A stretch of 64,000 nt of DNA from Bacteroidales bacterium. GTDB lineage: Bacteria > Bacteroidota > Bacteroidia > Bacteroidales > Bacteroidaceae. Below the pieces are notes generated by a model. It did no database searches, was not told where the DNA came from, and was given only the letters and a program-made list of their open reading frames with translations. The stretch lies in the NCBI GenBank assembly GCA_015060865.1, contig SUXS01000012.1:41313-105312 (forward strand), read 5' to 3'. This document shows positions 43,649 to 51,500 of this stretch, in pieces. Within the stretch, counting starts at the first letter, position 1, and the number at the start of each line of letters is the position of its first letter. The translations under genes and the position numbers were made by a program.

Positions 43649-45313
43649 ATGATTGCAGATAAAAGGCTTTTTACATTAATGATAAAATATCATTCAGTTA
43701 TAGTAAAAAGATTGATAGAAAAGAAACTTGTGTATAAAGGGGTGGATAAACTTAATGTTGTCAATCAGACTGTTCTCGATTCTGACTCCAATTATTGTCC
43801 TTTTGAAATTGTTAAAGTAGACGAAAATAATGTAACAAGAATTATTGCGCGTACTTGCGAAATAGAATGGTTGAACAAGTTTATATTAATAGACACAAAC
43901 AATCCTACAATCTTTAAAAAACTTAGAGGAAAAGTTTTTCGAAGTAATTATGATAATATCAGATATCATTATTGCATGCCTTCATGTTTGGACTACCTTT
44001 TAGAAGAGCATTATCAGGATATATCTTATATAAAGTTTCCAAAACGACACAATGTACTTGTCAAAGGGAATTTAATTCCCAATTATTTTAAAATCATTCA
44101 GAGACAAATTGAAAAAATTATAGAATTTCGAGATAATGGAAAGAATATAGAGAATTTATCTTATCAAATAGTCTTGTATAACTATAAAGGATATTCCTAT
44201 CATGATAGGAAATGGTTAGAAACTATTGAGAAATATAGAGAGTTTGCATATTTACCACTTTATTCAGATTTAGATTGGACTTTGGACTTAGTGGAAACAT
44301 ACAAGGATAAGATAATTTGGAAGAGGTTAATTGAAGAATCCAATTTACAATGGACTGAAGAAATGGTTGGACTATATAACGATTATATACCATATAAAGA
44401 GTTGGAAACATTCAAGGCTTTTGACACGATGAGTAACAAATTTATAGATATCCATATGAATGTCTTGAATTGGAAGGCATTTCTTAGAACCTGTAAATTT
44501 GAATGGAATTCATCTGATTTGAAACATTTTTACTATATCGTTGACCGAAAATCTTTCTTTTTTGACGCTTTAGTTAACAACGAGCAATTTATCTGGAATG
44601 CTGATTTGCTCAAAACAGCAATAGAATTAGATCCCTATTTTTTGTCTTGTTGCATCAAGAAAAAAGAGTTATCTGATATACTGTTCCAAATCCCTAATTA
44701 TGTGGATTTGGTGCAAAGAGTTTCGAATGATCCATTTATCTTTCTTAAACTTAAGGATGGAGGAGAAAAACCTTATAATACATATAGTGAATATTTTACT
44801 ATTGATTTCATGAAAAAATATCACAAGAAATGGGAGGAGGTGGTAGAAAAAAAGTATGATGGCATGCAAAGAACACCTGATACTAACTATCATTTCTATA
44901 AGGTTTATAATAGATGGGACTATTTTATGTATAATAACTCTATCCGTCTTACATATGAGATTAGTAAATATTTGTATTCAATTACTATAACATTGGGCGG
45001 TGCTTATACGCTATTGGACGATGGCTCATATATGGAAGAGGATGAACGAAATCCAAAAGTTAATGGATTAGAGGCTTTTAATATGCTTGGAATTGCCAGT
45101 AGTGAAGATTTGGTGAAGATTTGCAATGATGATGATTTAATTGAGATATTCTTAAATGGAAAACAGGGATTCAATACTGAGATTACTGACTATTTGATTG
45201 AAATTTTCTTTTCGGATTACTCTTTAGATGATTATTTGAACATAATAAATCAACTAAAAGATTGGGATAACATTGTAAAGGATAAACAATATCCAGCAAG
45301 GAAATGGTGGTAG
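43649..45313 (+). CDS. hypothetical protein B (about 555 aa), Trp-rich tandem repeats
   Basis: Long, very AT-rich ORF (alternative GTG start at 43607). Recurring W-x(13-16)-W modules such as DWTLDLVETYKDKIIWKRLIEESNLQWTEEMVGLY. Confidence 0.7.
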   Translation: MIADKRLFTLMIKYHSVIVKRLIEKKLVYKGVDKLNVVNQTVLDSDSNYCPFEIVKVDENNVTRIIARTCEIEWLNKFILIDTNNPTIFKKLRGKVFRSNYDNIRYHYCMPSCLDYLLEEHYQDISYIKFPKRHNVLVKGNLIPNYFKIIQRQIEKIIEFRDNGKNIENLSYQIVLYNYKGYSYHDRKWLETIEKYREFAYLPLYSDLDWTLDLVETYKDKIIWKRLIEESNLQWTEEMVGLYNDYIPYKELETFKAFDTMSNKFIDIHMNVLNWKAFLRTCKFEWNSSDLKHFYYIVDRKSFFFDALVNNEQFIWNADLLKTAIELDPYFLSCCIKKKELSDILFQIPNYVDLVQRVSNDPFIFLKLKDGGEKPYNTYSEYFTIDFMKKYHKKWEEVVEKKYDGMQRTPDTNYHFYKVYNRWDYFMYNNSIRLTYEISKYLYSITITLGGAYTLLDDGSYMEEDERNPKVNGLEAFNMLGIASSEDLVKICNDDDLIEIFLNGKQGFNTEITDYLIEIFFSDYSLDDYLNIINQLKDWDNIVKDKQYPARKWW

Positions 45314-45314
45314 T

Positions 45315-46160
45315 ATGGCAATTGATGGAAATTTAGCAAATCAGATGAAAAAAGAAGAATTAGGGGTATACGCAAACAATGAGAGTTTTAGGAAGATAGC
45401 CGAAAAGTTATATGCCGAAATTAGTTTGGCTCGAAAAGTCCTTTCTATGCATAAGCCATCAATTGGATATTGGGGAGAATCTATACTTCGGGACTTTCTT
45501 CGGCATCATCTTTCCTCCAATGTAAGAGTCACTTCAGGTTTTATATTCCATAAAGACAATGTAGATAGTGAGGAAATTAAATCACATCAATGTGACATCA
45601 TTATTTATGATGTCAATTATACACCAATTCATTCATTTGGCGAGATTGAGGTAATACCATCTTGTGCTGTTATTGCTGTAATAGAGGTGAAAAGTTCTAT
45701 TAAGCGAAAGACATTTGAAAAAACACTCTCAGATTTTGATCTGCTTGGGCAGATGGGGATAAGGAACAAATACATTTTTGTATTCTCTTCTCCTAGTCCT
45801 AAAACTATTAAATCCTATTTTTTTGATAAAGTTAATTCTGAAAATGGACTTCTAGTGGCAGATAGTCTTAACTATAAATATAACCATGGAAGTTTTGAAA
45901 CACTTCCTACTGCAATCGTTTCCTTAAGTTCTGATTTCTTGTTGTGTCAAGATTATATTGAAGGAAATAGAGATATGTACGGATATGCGGCATATACTTT
46001 TACGTATCCGACTGAGAGTACAATTGCGAGCCTTCAATTATTTTGGGGAATGATTGTAAACGATTGCACTACGAATCTGCAAGATAGCAATTATGATGAA
46101 TCCGAAATATGCTTTGATGAATTAAAAGTATTATACGAATTTGGATTATGGGATTTATGA
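45315..46160 (+). CDS. hypothetical protein C (281 aa), PD-(D/E)xK-like nuclease candidate
   Basis: One-base gap after gene B. GESILRDFLRHHL .. QCDIIIYD .. AVIAVIEVKSS gives the order E / D / E-x-K. Confidence 0.7.
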   Translation: MAIDGNLANQMKKEELGVYANNESFRKIAEKLYAEISLARKVLSMHKPSIGYWGESILRDFLRHHLSSNVRVTSGFIFHKDNVDSEEIKSHQCDIIIYDVNYTPIHSFGEIEVIPSCAVIAVIEVKSSIKRKTFEKTLSDFDLLGQMGIRNKYIFVFSSPSPKTIKSYFFDKVNSENGLLVADSLNYKYNHGSFETLPTAIVSLSSDFLLCQDYIEGNRDMYGYAAYTFTYPTESTIASLQLFWGMIVNDCTTNLQDSNYDESEICFDELKVLYEFGLWDL

Positions 46161-46266
46161 GAACTTATGCCACATTGCCTGTTTCTTACAAGAAAACGGG
46201 TGGTTTACTTTGTTATTTATTCGGTAATCATTATTTTTGCAACAACGAATGTAAAGTGACTTGTAT

Positions 46267-46575
46267 ATGAACACTGCAACGAGAGAAAACATCATCCCCA
46301 AGTTGAGGGCCTATTTTGCTACTCAACCTATTGAGAGGGCTTGGCTGTTTGGATCCTTCTCGCGAGGCGAGGAGACCGAGACCAGCGATGTGGATATACT
46401 GGTCGACTTTGACAAGGGCGCTCGCATAGGATTGTTCAAGTATGCAGGCATCTATGGTGACTTGAAAGAACTGCTAGGGCGTGATGTGGATTTGGTGAAG
46501 AATGGCTCGCTAAAACCATTTGCTGTAGATAGCGCAAACCACGATAAAATACTTATCTATGAGAGAGCGAATTAA
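46267..46575 (+). CDS. mntA: MntA-type nucleotidyltransferase antitoxin
   Basis: GSFSRGEETETSDVDILVDF (GSx2RG..DxD). Confidence 0.85.
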   Translation: MNTATRENIIPKLRAYFATQPIERAWLFGSFSRGEETETSDVDILVDFDKGARIGLFKYAGIYGDLKELLGRDVDLVKNGSLKPFAVDSANHDKILIYERAN

Positions 46576-46909
46576 AGACCGCACCAGATTGCTCCATATG
46601 CTGGAAGGCATTGACAATATCATGGAGTTTAAGGAAGGAGTTGACTTTGAAACATTTGCCAACAACAAATTGCTTAAGTTCGGCATATTCTACAATGTAA
46701 CAATCATTGGTGAAGCTGCCTACAAGTTGACGAAAGAGTTTATCGCTTCTCATCCCGATGTGCCCTGGCGTGACATAATCAATATGCGCCACGTCTTAGT
46801 ACACGGGTACTATCAGATTGACCCTGAGATATTATGGGAGACGGTGAACAATGATCTTGTAGAACTCAAGACTGCACTACTCCGCTATTTGAAAGAAGAA
46901 GATTTATAA
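46559..46909 (+). CDS. hepT: HepT-type (DUF86) RNase toxin
   Basis: Rx4HxY motif RHVLVHGY. 17-nt overlap with mntA. Confidence 0.85.
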   Translation: MRERIKDRTRLLHMLEGIDNIMEFKEGVDFETFANNKLLKFGIFYNVTIIGEAAYKLTKEFIASHPDVPWRDIINMRHVLVHGYYQIDPEILWETVNNDLVELKTALLRYLKEEDL

Positions 46910-46914
46910 TAGTT

Positions 46915-46946
46915 GCGGTGGACACTCATCCACCGCTTCTTTTTTG
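46915..46946 (+). terminator. intrinsic terminator after hepT
   Basis: gcggtgga-cactca-tccaccgc followed by ttctttttt. Confidence 0.75.
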
Positions 46947-47182
46947 CATTTCCGAAGCTGCAAGCGCTTTGAACGATAGAAAACAGAATCTATTCATGGA
47001 AAATTCATGGCCAATTTACGGCAATTCATGTTCACGAAAGAGAAAGAATTGGGGAATCCTTGCAATCTTCTCGCCCAATCCCCAAGGCGAGTGAAAAGAA
47101 CGCAGCCATGAGCGATTAGGAAAAAACAAGAAGCAAGAGAAAACTCAGTTTTTGAGTTAATAAGTTTTTCTCATTCGCACAG

Positions 47183-47344
47183 ATGGCCCTCCCCATCAGC
47201 ACTGCGCTGAAGGGAGTGTTATGGTTTGTCTTCTTCGGATTGGCCAAGACGTTCCAGTACGGCGGCCTTGCCATATTGGGTGCCAAAGGGCTGAGCGAGG
47301 CTTTCAAGAAAGAAAAGAAAGGGAAGGATAATTCCGAATCTTGA
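47183..47344 (+). CDS. possible 53-aa small membrane protein
   Basis: MALPISTALKGVLWFVFFGLAKTFQYGGLAILGAKGLSEAFKKEKKGKDNSES: one hydrophobic helix plus a Lys-rich tail. Below the ORF-track cutoff. Competes with the 63-aa minus-strand ORF 47116..47307. Confidence 0.3.
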   Translation: MALPISTALKGVLWFVFFGLAKTFQYGGLAILGAKGLSEAFKKEKKGKDNSES

Positions 47345-47596
47345 ATATCCCTACTAATTTGTCATATTCTCCTGTCGTTTCCCCCCCAAAGGCAAATCCT
47401 TAAGCAGTTTCACTAATCAATTTTCAGTTTGTCCAAACGTCTTGTTTCGTTTTGAGTGTGGCGGAAAACCTACTAACGGCTCTTGCAAAGTCCTAGTGCG
47501 AGATCCTAGGGCGAAACTCAGACGTTTTTGGACTAGCAAGTATCTTCCTGCCGTTGGAATGAGAAATCGCGGTTTTTGAATAAATTCGCTCCAGAA

Positions 47597-48442
47597 TTAG
47601 AAGCTGAAGCTACACTGCAGTCCGTAGGACTGGGTGTTGCGGGGCGTGGCGTGGCGCTGATGGTCGATGATGCTGGGGCGTACCTGTACACTGAGATCCT
47701 CAGATATGTCAAAATTGGAAAGTTCAGCATCGACATAGGCATCGATAACAGAGATGAGATATACACCGATAAAGCAGAAGATGCTGAGGTCGCGCTGTCG
47801 GCGGTAGTTATCCTTACGATTCTTGAATACACGTTTGAGGTAATCCTTGTTAGCCTCGATGTTGTAGCGGGGTGGAAGGAAATCCTCATAGCTAGCGGTA
47901 CCGGGATCGTCATCCATGATGTCGAGGTAGGCTTGTGAGTAGTCACTGTACATTTGGTTGTTCCAGTTGAGGGCGTAGGCGCAGCCGAGAAATCCGCCGT
48001 ATACGATGGGTAGCTTCCAGTATTTGTGGTTATATATCTGTCCGCCTCCGGGGAACACGATGCCGGCCCAAGTAGCCTTGCTCGGATCAGGGGTAAAGGT
48101 GGCAAGTTTTTGTGCACGTTGCTCACGTCGGGTAGGGGTTTTCGCGGCTTTCGTGGTGTCGGAGTTCTCTGAGTCCTCGGCGGGTATGCCCAACTCGGCT
48201 TTTGCGGCTCGGTGGAGCGAATCACTGAGGACTGAAATCAGATGTTGTTTGTCAAGTGTGATACTTATAGTTTCTTTCTTTGAGGAATCGTTGGATGATG
48301 CAGCTTTGTGTTGAGATATGCCTCTTCTTTCGGTGTGAGACTCGGCAATGCTGTCTGTCAAAGACGGTCTTGCCTGTGTCGCTATCGGGAGCATCACAAG
48401 CAAGACGGTTAGTGATAGAAGTATTGACCTCAGCTGTTTCAT
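47597..48442 (-). CDS. DUF5683-like membrane protein downstream of parB
   Basis: Signal/TM and the segment WAGIVFPGGGQIYNHKYWKLPIVYGGFLGCAYALNWN. 2-nt gap after parB. Confidence 0.65.
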   Translation of the reverse strand: MKQLRSILLSLTVLLVMLPIATQARPSLTDSIAESHTERRGISQHKAASSNDSSKKETISITLDKQHLISVLSDSLHRAAKAELGIPAEDSENSDTTKAAKTPTRREQRAQKLATFTPDPSKATWAGIVFPGGGQIYNHKYWKLPIVYGGFLGCAYALNWNNQMYSDYSQAYLDIMDDDPGTASYEDFLPPRYNIEANKDYLKRVFKNRKDNYRRQRDLSIFCFIGVYLISVIDAYVDAELSNFDISEDLSVQVRPSIIDHQRHATPRNTQSYGLQCSFSF

Positions 48443-48444
48443 TG

Positions 48445-49323
48445 CTATGCTTTCAGTTTGTCCAATAAGGCGATGATGCGTTCAAGTTCTTGCTCATTTG
48501 CAAAGTTGATGGTAATCTTCCCTTTTCCTTTGGTGTTGCACGTGAGTTGTATGTCTGTTTGGAAGAATGCTGCAAGGTGTTTTTTTAATATAGCAAAGTC
48601 TTCAGTAAGTGCTTTGTTGGCTGCTTTCTTTGGTGTGTGGCCTTTTGTACTGTTATTTTCCTTAATAAGTTCCTCTACCTTGCGTACAGAATATCCGTTG
48701 GCTTGTATCTCTTGAAATAACTTAATTTGTTCCACCGGGTTGTCGAGGGCGAGGAGTGCACGGGCGTGACCCATGTCGAGCTCGCGGTTTTTGAGTGCCA
48801 CCTGTATCTGTGCGGGGAGCTTGAGCAGGCGCAGGTAGTTGGCGATGGTGGTGCGCTTCTTTCCTACGCGTTCGCTCAGCTTCTCCTGGGTGAGGCTGTA
48901 CTCCTCGAGCAGGTGCTGGTAGGCGAGGGCTATCTCCATGGAGTTGAGGTCTTCGCGCTGTATGTTCTCGATGAGCGCCATCTCCATCACGTTCTCGTCA
49001 TCGGCAGTGCGTATGTAGGCGGGTACGGTGGTGAGTCCGGCGAGCTGCGATGCGCGGAAGCGGCGTTCACCGGCAATGATCTGGTAGGTGCCGTCGTCCA
49101 TCTTGCGCAGGGTGATGGGCTGTATGATGCCAATCTCCTTGATGGAGTCGGCAAGCTCTTGCAGTGCCTCGGGGTCGAACTCGCGGCGCGGCTGGTTGGG
49201 GTTGGGCTTGATCTTGCTGATGGCTATCTCGCTGATGGAGGATGAGCCTTCGGTCTTCACCGTATCGGTGGAGATGAGGGCGTCGAGGCCACGGCCAAGG
49301 GAGGGGTATTTCTTTGTTGCCAT
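48445..49323 (-). CDS. parB: chromosome partitioning protein ParB
   Basis: IIQPITLRK..YQIIAGERRFRAS and HTH LTQEKLSERVGKKRTTIANYLRLL. Confidence 0.93.
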   Translation of the reverse strand: MATKKYPSLGRGLDALISTDTVKTEGSSSISEIAISKIKPNPNQPRREFDPEALQELADSIKEIGIIQPITLRKMDDGTYQIIAGERRFRASQLAGLTTVPAYIRTADDENVMEMALIENIQREDLNSMEIALAYQHLLEEYSLTQEKLSERVGKKRTTIANYLRLLKLPAQIQVALKNRELDMGHARALLALDNPVEQIKLFQEIQANGYSVRKVEELIKENNSTKGHTPKKAANKALTEDFAILKKHLAAFFQTDIQLTCNTKGKGKITINFANEQELERIIALLDKLKA

Positions 49324-49333
49324 ATCTTTTTTT

Positions 49334-49675
49334 AGTTGAAAGTTGAAAGATGAAAGTTGAAAGTAGGCTTTGCGATGTGTTCCCTGCCGGATGGTAATAA
49401 TCTTTCTTCTTTCACTTTTCAGCGTTTCATTTTTTTTAAGTTATTTTGGTAATAATATAGATGTTGTCCAAAACGTCCCGTGTCATTTCGAGCAAAGCGA
49501 GAAATCTCGCAAACGTCTCATGCTAAGTTCCAGCGAGGGATACCTCGGCGCTTCGCTTTGTCGGCATGACACCAACGCTGAGATTTTAGTGTTAGTGGAC
49601 AACTGCTATATTATCTCCGTTATTTTTCTGAGTTGGAAGTAGGAAAACTTTCATCTTTCATCTTTCCACTTTCAA
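49334..49675. repeat. nested palindromic element filling the parB-parA spacer
   Basis: Outer heptamer arms agttgaaagttgaaagatgaaagttgaaagt (49334-49364) and aactttcatctttcatctttccactttcaa (49647-49675). Inner inverted repeats atatagatgttgtcca / tggacaactgctatat and gtgtcatttcgagcaaagcga / tcgctttgtcggcatgacac. tgccggatgg core at 49385-49394. Confidence 0.8.
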
Positions 49676-50433
49676 TTTTTTTTAATGATTTCTTGCGCCA
49701 AAGTCAGGTAGTTCTGTGCCCCCTTAGACTCGGCATCGTAGAGGATGGCGGGGATGCCGTGGCTGGGGGCTTCGCTGAGGCGTACGTTGCGCTGGATGAC
49801 GGTGTCGAACACCAGCTCCTGGAAGTGGCGGCGTACCTCGTCGAGCACCTGATTGCTCAGACGCAGGCGCGAGTCATACATCGTGAGCAGGAAACCCTCG
49901 ATGCTGAGGCCGGGGTTGAGCTTCGACTTGATAATCTTGATGGTATTGAGCAGCTTGCTGATACCCTCCAAGGCGAAGTACTCGCACTGGACGGGGATAA
50001 TAACCGAGTCAGCAGCAGTAAGGGCATTGACGGTGATGAGTCCTAACGAGGGCGAGCAGTCAATGAGGATGTAATCGTACTCTTCATAGAAAGGCTTGAG
50101 CATGCTTTTTAGAATATTCTCACGATTGTCGAGATTTAGCATCTCGATTTCAGCTCCTACTAGGTCGATATGTGAGGCTATCACTTCCAGACCCTCTATG
50201 TCAGTGGTATAGATAGCTTCTTTGGGGTCGCGCCCGTCAATAAGACATTCGTATATAGAGCAATCTACATTGCGTATGTCCACGCCTAATCCCGATGAGG
50301 CATTGGCCTGTGGGTCAGCATCTATCAGTAATACTTTTTTTTCTAATGTAGCCAATGACGCAGCAAGGTTAATGGCTGTAGTAGTCTTACCTACACCACC
50401 TTTCTGATTGGCTAATGCTATAACTTTTCCCAT
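49672..50433 (-). CDS. parA: chromosome partitioning ATPase ParA/Soj
   Basis: Deviant Walker A NQKGGVGKTTT. 253 aa. Confidence 0.93.
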   Translation of the reverse strand: MGKVIALANQKGGVGKTTTAINLAASLATLEKKVLLIDADPQANASSGLGVDIRNVDCSIYECLIDGRDPKEAIYTTDIEGLEVIASHIDLVGAEIEMLNLDNRENILKSMLKPFYEEYDYILIDCSPSLGLITVNALTAADSVIIPVQCEYFALEGISKLLNTIKIIKSKLNPGLSIEGFLLTMYDSRLRLSNQVLDEVRRHFQELVFDTVIQRNVRLSEAPSHGIPAILYDAESKGAQNYLTLAQEIIKKN

Positions 50434-50510
50434 TGTGATATTTTTTTCGGGTGCGAAATAAATAATAATCTATCTAATTCGTACGAAAAAATCCCTAAAC
50501 TTTCTAAAAT

Positions 50511-50563
50511 TGTGGATAACTCCTTTGATTTGTTAATAACTATCCACGCGTGTGGATAGTTAT
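50511..50563. promoter_or_regulatory. DnaA-box-like cluster upstream of parA
   Basis: TGTGGATAA (9/9 to the reverse complement of the TTATCCACA consensus) at 50511-50519. A 28-bp near-perfect palindrome ataactatccacgc|gtgtggatagttat at 50536-50563 holds two more box-like 9-mers. An AT-rich tract at 50445-50510 is adjacent. Confidence 0.4.
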
Positions 50564-50614
50564 GATGTTTAACTACGGAGTATAGTCTTTTTAGGAGTAG
50601 GCGTTTTGAATGGA

Positions 50615-51493
50615 TTAGCTGAGGGTGAAATACTTTTCGCCTATCATGATCCCATCACAGAAGATGTGTACTGCATATTCGCCGGCTTCAAGAAATTCCT
50701 CTACATCCCAATACATAATGACAACCTGTTCTTCACCATTGTACTCAATGGTCTTTTTGATACTGTATTCCAACTGTGTATTTTCGTAGGGAAAGGTGTT
50801 TGATGGGTTCTTTGTGAGTACACTACCATCAGGCTTGGTGATACGGACGTAGATTTTTTTCTCTCCAGTAGCCGCAGTTATATTCTTCACAATAGTGAAG
50901 TCGATAGCTAGCTTTATGACACTTTTAACTTTATCAGTTTCCTTGCCACGTTTGTTGCGTGAACTGATATGTATGTTTGTTGCGTCAAGTTGTGAGGCGA
51001 GGGTTACCTTTTCATTAAGGTTCTTGGTCTCTTCCTGCAGCACCTCAACCTGCTTGGTAACTGCCTGATACTGCGTGCGCACCCGCTTGTTTTCCTTACT
51101 GAGTTTCTCGTTTGCCTGGTTAAGCGAGTCGATTTGCACTACATAACTGCGCATTACTGCACGCACGGTCTTCAGCTCTCTCTTCAGACGAGCTATCTCA
51201 GCAGCATTGCTGGCCTTGGTAGCGCGTAGCTCTTCGAGTAGGCGTTGTGTGCGCAGCTTTTCACGCTCGAGCTGCGCTACGAGGCTGTCGTTACTGATGA
51301 GTATCTGCATCTCGTCATATTGGGTGGCGAAGGTGCTGTACTCATTCTCCATTTCCATTTTCTCCAGTTCAAAGAGCTGCACCATCTCCTCATTGGCCTT
51401 GTTGGCTTGACTGAGGCGGATGCCGAGGAAAGCCAAGGCACCTGCCAAAGCTATGCCTACAATGATAAGTATGCTTAGGATTTTCTTGTTCAT
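50615..51493 (-). CDS. membrane-anchored coiled-coil protein
   Basis: N-terminal TM ILSILIIVGIALAGALAFLGI, long heptad-rich region, beta-rich C-terminus. Confidence 0.6.
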   Translation of the reverse strand: MNKKILSILIIVGIALAGALAFLGIRLSQANKANEEMVQLFELEKMEMENEYSTFATQYDEMQILISNDSLVAQLEREKLRTQRLLEELRATKASNAAEIARLKRELKTVRAVMRSYVVQIDSLNQANEKLSKENKRVRTQYQAVTKQVEVLQEETKNLNEKVTLASQLDATNIHISSRNKRGKETDKVKSVIKLAIDFTIVKNITAATGEKKIYVRITKPDGSVLTKNPSNTFPYENTQLEYSIKKTIEYNGEEQVVIMYWDVEEFLEAGEYAVHIFCDGIMIGEKYFTLS

Positions 51494-51500
51494 CTTTTGT

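Noticed and set aside
46990-47031. Three ATTCATG words downstream of hepT as an operator, and a 33-codon ORF starting at about 46995
   Set aside because: The words are short with irregular spacing (12 and 21 nt). The ORF has no supporting features. Too weak to call.
42370-47596. Integrase, transposase or tRNA-linked att sites defining the AT-rich island
   Set aside because: None was found on either strand. The only tRNA in the window is at 4.9 kb, and the only HUH gene (32470) is 10 kb away. So the mobility mechanism is left open rather than asserted.
49370-49642. 90-aa ORF inside the parB-parA spacer
   Set aside because: It lies entirely within nested inverted repeats. Its sequence (CHFEQSEKSRK..) is the well-known read-through of a palindromic motif.
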